Shown here: positions 57,571 to 64,000 of the stretch, one piece after another
Layout: the number at the start of each line of letters is the position of its first letter
Numbering within the stretch: position 1 is the stretch's first letter
Assembly (NCBI GenBank): GCA_951406725.2
Contig: OX597821.1
Location: 62,310,001 to 62,374,000 of the forward strand
Direction of reading: 5' to 3'
DNA from: Octopus vulgaris
Lineage: Eukaryota
DNA: 64,000 nt
The notes under the pieces: generated by a model
What the model was told of the DNA's origin: nothing
Seen by the model: the letters and a program-made list of their open reading frames with translations, nothing else
The model's database searches: none
Translations under genes and position numbers: made by a program

Positions 57571-58661
57571 GCCCTGATGCAGTACCAGGCAATGGCTCTC
57601 ATGGCTTCTGATCTTAACTGATTGGAAGTGTTATCATGTACATTGTTTTGTCTTGGTATAAAAGATGGGCTACAGCAAATATTCTGCTCAATACCACAGA
57701 TTTGCTTGTCAGTTGTTTGACCTTAACCAGTTGAGCATGTCCCTTAGTGGCTGACGATATGTGCATCTCTGATCACGAGCAGAAGTAGTGGAGGAGCATC
57801 ATAGCCATGTGTTGAGAGGGATTATTTGGGGTTTGAATAGTTCACCTCTGGAAACATGGGTGGTTCTTTCAACATCCTTAAACAACCCTTATTCAGGGAC
57901 CGTTTGAGCGGGATGGGCTACTCAACCTGAAGAAAATTCTAACTGGGCCCCACCTGCAAGGTCATGTGCTGTTTATCTTGATATGAGATCACCATGTCGC
58001 GCACATATGGTTGTGATGCATGCGCCTGGTGTACCTTTATCAGACGGGTAGTCATGATGGGTATATTGGGCTTCGTATATTTTACCCCAGTGGCATGAAC
58101 TGCTCTCTCACTCAATAATAATAATAATGCCCTGATGCAGTACCAGACAGTGGCTCTCATGGCTTCTGATCTTAACTGATCGGAAGTGTTATCATGTACA
58201 TTGTTTTGTCATGGTATAAAAGATGGGCTACTGCAACTATTCTGCTCAATACCACAGATTTGCTTGTCAGTTGCTTGACCTTAACCGGTTGACAATTCCC
58301 TTAGTGGCAGACAATATGTGCATCTCTGATCACGGGCAGAAGTAGTGGGGGAGCATCATAACCATGTGTTCAGAGGAATTCTTTGGGGTTTGAATAAATC
58401 ACCTCTGGAAATATGGTTGTTTCGTTCAACATCCTTAAATAAGCCTTATTCAAGGCCCTTTTGAGCGGGATGGGTTACTTGACAAGAAGAAAATAGCAGA
58501 GTCATGTGCTATTTAACTTGATATGAAATCACCATGTCGCGCACATATGGTTGTGCATGTGCCTAGTGTACCAATATCAGACGGGTAGTTATGATGGGTA
58601 TACTGAACTTCGTATATTTTACCCCAGTGTCAGTTTGATGGCATACACCGCTCTCTCAATC
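57571..58661. mobile_element. Two tandem ~540-bp non-coding repeats embedded in (AAT)n
   Basis: Copies 57571-58113 and 58129-58661 both run gccctgatgcagtaccag...gctctctca, each bounded by AAT repeats and moderately diverged. Confidence 0.85.
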
Positions 58662-58687
58662 AATAATAATAATAATAATAATAATTT

Positions 58688-58751
<64 letters not shown>

Positions 58752-59050
58752 CAACAATTGAGGGTAAAATTAATTAATTATTAATCAATTTCACCAAGTA
58801 TTCAGTATGTAAAGGGACCATTTAAGGCGAATTCAAAATATTACATTTTATAAACGGCTTAGTAAAATAAATTACTTTGCCACATACTGAACTCATTAGA
58901 AATAGCAGCCCCCCAAATTTTTTTTTTTTTTTTTTTTTTTTTAGCCGAATTATAATACTTAAAGAAAATTTCTCTCAGATAGTGCTTACTCAGAATAGCC
59001 CACGAAGGTATGGGGGTAAAAACATTAAAAAATCACAAATGCAAAGGTTA

Positions 59051-59112
59051 TTTGAGAACGTACGTTTCTAGATCAGCCAAATACAATTCGACATTTCTTT
59101 CGTCAGCCCAAA
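59051..59112 (-). ncRNA. Hammerhead motif in the inverted monomer
   Basis: Reverse complement of the motif at 59796-59857. Confidence 0.68.
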
Positions 59113-59795
59113 ATTCCTTAATTCGGATTTGCAAACACTGAAAGTAGGAGCATACCCTTTTGGCGACTTTTCACCTCAGAAGATCCGTTCAGACTATCAG
59201 TGCCAACAAATTCAAAATATGCAAGCGAAGAATTTCTGCCCTTCCCTTTCCACCCACGTGGTCTAATCTAGCAAACACCATAATTTTATCGGTGAAAACC
59301 GAAGCATTAAACAGAGAGAAATGAATTATAATTCATTTCTGAGTAAGCACTATCTGAGAGAAATTTTCTTTAAGTATTAGAATTCGGCTAAAAAAAGGAA
59401 AAAAAATTTTTTTTGGCTGATATTTCTAATGAGTTCAGTATGTGGCAAAGTAATTTATTTTACTAAGCCCTTTATAAAATGTAATATTTTGAATTCGCCT
59501 TAAATGGACCCTTTACATACTGAATACTTGGTGAAATTGATTAATAATTAATTAATTTTACCCTCAATTGTTGAAATTATAATTCATTTCTCTCTGTTTA
59601 ATGCTTCGGTTTTCACCGATAAAATTATGGTGTTTGCTAGATTAGACCACGTGGGTGGAAAGGGGAGGGCAGAAATTCTTCGCTTGCATATTTTGAATTT
59701 GTTGGCACTGATAGTCTGAACGGATCTTCTGAGGTGAAAAGTAGCCAAAAGAGTATGCTCCTACTTTCACTGTTTGCAAATCCGAATTAAGGAAT

Positions 59796-59857
59796 TTTGG
59801 GCTGACGAAAGAAATGTCGAATTGTATTTGGCTGATCTAGAAACGTACGTTCTCAAA
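59796..59857 (+). ncRNA. Minimal type I hammerhead motif in array monomer
   Basis: Stem I tttggg/ctcaaa, CTGACGA (59802-59808), stem II aga/tct plus gtcgaat/atttggc, GAAA (59840-59843), C-GTAC-G with a palindromic loop, GUU triplet. Confidence 0.7.
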
Positions 59858-60373
59858 TAACCTTTGCATTTGTGATTTTTTTATGTTTTTACCCCCATAC
59901 CTTCGTGGGCTATTCTGAGTAAGCACTATCTGAGAGAAATTTTCTTTAAGTATTAGAATTCGGCTTAAAAAAAAAAAAAAAAAAATTTTTTTGGCTGCTA
60001 TTTCTAATGAGTTCAGTATGTGGCAAAGTAATTTATTTTACTAAGCCCTTTATAAAATGTAATAATTTGAATTCGCCTTAAATGGTCCCTTTACATACTG
60101 AATACTTGGTGAAATTGATTAATAATTAATTAATTTTACCCTCAATTGTTGAAATTATGATTCATTTCTCTCTGTTTAATGCTTCGGTTTTCACTGATAA
60201 AATTATGGTGTTTGCTAGATTAGACCACGTGGGTGGAAAGGGGAGGGCAGAAATTCTTCGCTTGCATATTTTGAATTTGTTGGCACTGATAGTCTGAACG
60301 GATCTTCTGAGGTGAAAAGTCGCCAAAAGGGTATGCTCCTACTTTCAGTGTTTGCAAATCCGAATTAAGGAAT

Positions 60374-60435
60374 TTTGGGCTGACGAAAGAAATGTCGAAT
60401 TGTATTTGGCTGATCTAGAAACGTACGTTCTCAAA
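60374..60435 (+). ncRNA. Hammerhead motif, next monomer
   Basis: Identical to 59796-59857. Confidence 0.7.
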
Positions 60436-60958
60436 TAACCTTTGCATTTGTGATTTTTTAATGTTTTTACCCCCATACCTTCGTGGGCTCTTCTGAGTAA
60501 GCACTATCTGAGAGAAATTTTCTTTAAGTATTAGAATTCGGCTAAAAAAAAAAATAAAAAAAAAAAATTGGGGGGTGGGCTGCTATTTCTAATGAGTTCA
60601 GTATGTGGCAAAGTAATTTATTTTACTAAGCCCTTTATAAAATGTAATATTTTGAATTCGCCTTAAATGGTCCCTTTACATACTGAATACTTGGTGAAAT
60701 TGATTAATAATTAATTAATTTTACCCTCAATTGTTGAAATTATAATTCATTTCTCTCTGTTTAATGCTTCGGTTTTCACCGATAAAATTATGGTGTTTGC
60801 TAGATTAGACCACGTGGGTGGAAAGGGGAGGGCAGAAATTCTTCGCTTGCATATTTTGAATTTGTTGGCACTGATAGTCTGAACGGATCGTCTGAGGTGA
60901 AATGTCGCCAAAAGGGTATGCTCCTACTTTAAGTGTTTGCAAATCCGAATTAAGGAAT

Positions 60959-61020
60959 TTTGGGCTGACGAAAGAAATGTCGAATTGTATTTGGCTGATC
61001 TAGAAACGTACGTTCTCAAA
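60959..61020 (+). ncRNA. Hammerhead motif, last monomer
   Basis: Identical to 59796-59857. Confidence 0.7.
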
Positions 61021-61219
61021 TAACCTTTGCATTTGTGATTTTTTAATGTTTTTACCCCCATACCTTCGTGGGCTATTCTGAGTAAGCACTATCTGAGAGA
61101 AATTTTCTTTAAGTATTAGAATTCGGATAAAAAAAAAAAAAAAAATTTTTTTGGCTGCTATTTCTAATGAGTTCAGTATGTGGCAAAGTAATTTATTTTA
61201 CTAAGCCCTTTATAAAATG

Positions 61220-61260
<41 letters not shown>

Positions 61261-61261
<1 letters not shown>

Positions 61262-61626
61262 TAGCAGTATCGCCCGGCGTTGCTCAGGTTTGTAAGGGAA
61301 ATAACTATAAAGCATTTTTAGAGAGTTATAGCCAAAATATTAGCAAAAAAATGGAAAAAAATGATGGTAATTTTTTTTTTAGTTAAAAAAGATGGAGTTC
61401 CGTCCCCTAGACAGTTTGCGGTTTGTGTTTCTGATTCTCGACCCCATGTCGAATTTATCGTTTTTTTTTCAGAACTGGGGGAACTTTTCAAAATTTTCGC
61501 TGCGTTAGTTTTGAATTATGACATTGGGCTATGTGTGTGTCAAGTTTCATCAGAATCGGTTGAAAGCCGTGGTCAGGGTGAGGGTATAAGCAAACAGACA
61601 CACAGAAAACGCACAGACAAACTGCC

Positions 61627-61630
<4 letters not shown>
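61261..61630 (-). mobile_element. Short non-autonomous Helitron
   Basis: ctagcagtatcgcccggcgttgctcaggtttgtaagggaaataactata is the reverse complement of the 3-prime ends at 30612 and 37692. Inserted in (TA)n. Confidence 0.75.
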
Positions 61631-61690
<60 letters not shown>

Positions 61691-61693
<3 letters not shown>

Positions 61694-61855
61694 CTCATGG
61701 GTGGCTATGTGGTAAGAAGCTTGCTTCTCGCTCACATGGCTCCAGGTTCAGTTCCACTGCGTGGCACCTTGGTCAAATGTCTTCTAACATAGCGTCAGGG
61801 CGACCAAATCCTTGTGAGTGGATTTGTTTGACGGAAGCTGAAAGAAGCCCGTCAT
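61691..61855 (+). mobile_element. CORE-type tRNA SINE head
   Basis: tggctatgtggtaag (A box), ggttcagttcc (B box), ggcaccttggtcaaatg and ccttgtgagtggatttg. Confidence 0.8.
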
Positions 61856-61959
61856 ATATATGTGTGTATGTGTGTGTTTGTTTGTGTATATATATTTTAA
61901 TGTTTTTTATTTAAATGCATTTCACAAACTCAACTTTCGCATTCCTCTTATATCTGTCA

Positions 61960-62330
61960 TATTCCGCCTTGGTTGACTTTGCTTTTCATATTTTCGCGGT
62001 CGAGAAATTAAGTAGCAGTTGCGTACTGGGGTCGATGTAATCGACTATCCCCACTCTTCCAAAATGTCAGGCATTGTGCCTATAGTACTAAAGAATATAT
62101 ATATATATCAGTATGGCAGCGATCTGGCAGAAATTCTAGCTCGCCAGGCGAAGTTCTTAGCGGTATTCCGCCTCTCTTTACGTTCTGATTTCAAATCCCG
62201 CCGAGGTCGACTTGCCTTTCATCCTTTTGGAGTCGATAAATAAATTACTAGTTGCTCTCTGGGATCGATCTAATCGACTGCCTCACTTCCTCCAAAATTT
62301 CGAACGTTGTGTCTAGTGTTGAAAAGAATA
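61960..62330 (+). mobile_element. Two Deu/Nin-like SINE copies
   Basis: A partial copy at about 61960-62097 and a full copy at about 62114-62330, with the same core and a ttgtg(c/t)cta...aagaata tail. Confidence 0.75.
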
Positions 62331-63361
62331 TATCTATGTCAGCATTATCTGAAACGTAAAGTAACAAACATTGATGTAATAAGCGAATTGGAATGGATTG
62401 CACCATATATTGAAGAAAGATTAATTTATTCATAAGATATATTTGATCAAATGAGTACACTTTTGAATAATTCAGTCTCTATTCCTAAATCAATTGGGCA
62501 AACCATATCACGATGTCACGAGTTAAAATACGCTACTATATACTGAATAATATTATTAGAGGCAATAAAACACTTATGCTATAACGGTCTTAATCTCACT
62601 CAGAGAAGTGAATGAGACATGATGATGAAAATGAACTTTCTATCGAAGTATATATGCCTAAGTACAAAGACAGCACAATCTTTGAAACCAGTTATTTAAT
62701 ACACTATTTACTTGTTGATAAAGGGTAATGAAAATATCTAAGTTCATCTAACGAGGAATGTGGGGCCAATACTTTTGTGTTATAACATTAAATTCATATA
62801 TCTGTTGCTTCAGAATTATGATTATAATTAATATAATGCATTCTTCATAATAAAGATGTTTTACACAAACACACACATATACACACACACGCACACACAC
62901 TCACACACACATGCGCGCACACAACTGAATAGGGAGAAAGAGTGAAAGGAGAGGGGTCATATAAAAGCGTATAACCTGTTAATCTGAAATGTTGAGAGAA
63001 GTGCTTTAGCGCCCCCAAGAAAACATTCGTCGTAGAAAGCATGGTGATCTCTCTTTGCCCTAAGTTTATGAACGACTGGACATAGTGAACAATGAAAGGA
63101 AGTGGTAGAGAATTCGTTAGTTGTGATTTCAATGGAAGAACGAAGAGAACAAAGTCGGAGAGACAACTGGAAGCCTAGGCGGAGGTCGAGAATGAGAGAA
63201 ATGATGTGAATTCATAAATAAGAGGAATATAAGATGAATTTGCTTATATCAAGATGTTTTGGCATTTGACATTTTAATGAAACCATGTGGTTATTTTTAC
63301 TGGCGCCGTAAACCAACGAACCCCTCGAGTTTTTTTTTTGTATTTCATATGAATGAACTGT

Positions 63362-63363
<2 letters not shown>

Positions 63364-63432
<69 letters not shown>
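63364..63432. repeat. (ATT)n tail or target of the adjacent LINE
   Basis: Pure ATT run abutting the 3-prime end of the element. Confidence 0.9.
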
Positions 63433-63435
<3 letters not shown>

Positions 63436-64000
63436 TAGTTTTATTTTTATAGCGTGCTTTCATTTCACTACCCAGCAAAACTCTGTGTGCCTTAGGTATG
63501 TGCTGTGATTTGTTGTGATGCTCTGATGGTTATTGTATGGAAAGTATTCTGCGTAGGATGTGTGCAGTGCCTAGTAGTGCAATTTTCTGTATGTTATATG
63601 TGTTTGTAAGTCCTGGTGTTTTTTGTTATGTATTTGTCTGAATATTTTTTTATCATTCCTAATGCACCTACTATGATAGGAATTGTTTCTTTTTTTAGAT
63701 TCCACATTCTAGTTACCTCTATTTCCAGGTCTTTGTATTTTGAAAGTTTCTCCATTTCTTTTAGAGACACGTTGTCATCTGCTGGTATTGATACATCAAT
63801 TAGAAAGCATTTTTTTCTTCATGATCTCTGACAACTATATCTGGTCTGTTGGCCTTCATTTCTCTATCTGTGTGTATCGGCATATCCCAGAGTATGGTTG
63901 CTTTCTCGTTTTCTGTGACCTTTTCTGATGTGTGCCTATACCATCTTTTTCTGTTGTTATTCCATAATGTTGGCATAGCTTCCTGTGTATGTAGGTCCCA
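63433..64000 (-). mobile_element. 3-prime end of an R4/Dong-clade LINE (restriction-like endonuclease domain)
   Basis: Minus strand reads ILWDMPIHTDREMKANRPDIVVRDHEE, then a frameshift in an A run, then CFLIDVSIPADDNVSLKEMEKLSKYKDLEIEVTRMWNLKKETIPIIVGALGMIK and NIQKIALLGTAHILRRILS. It continues past the window edge. Confidence 0.9.

Larger units (their letters stand above)
58749..61224. repeat. ~580-bp tandem array with inverted first monomer, flanked by (TA)n
   Basis: Inverted monomer 58749-59331, partial about 59338-59576, full 59577-60154 and 60155-60739, partial 60740-61224. The copies are nearly identical. Confidence 0.95.

Overview
AT-rich, microsatellite-dense eukaryotic DNA that is intronic or intergenic. 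The repeat families resemble those of octopus genomes, which is an inference from repeat content. No host protein-coding gene can be supported: almost all ORF-track entries are microsatellite translations or transposon relics. The window holds decayed LINE fragments (Tx1/L1-like, RTE, CR1, R4/Dong with RLE domain), a decayed Penelope-like element (RT plus GIY-YIG), mariner and maT-like transposase relics, MITEs, non-autonomous Helitrons (one carrying a piggyBac fragment and a 116-bp minisatellite) and many tRNA-derived SINEs. The main unexplained signal is a set of minimal type I hammerhead ribozyme motifs from several repeat families. These include a ~580-bp tandem and inverted array with one hammerhead per monomer (58749-61224, retrozyme-like), a covarying pair at 10352 and 22945, and variant cores (GUGAACA, a swapped 3-8 pair, at 36957; CUGUUGA at 19207 and 25500). 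All structures were folded by eye and none is tested.
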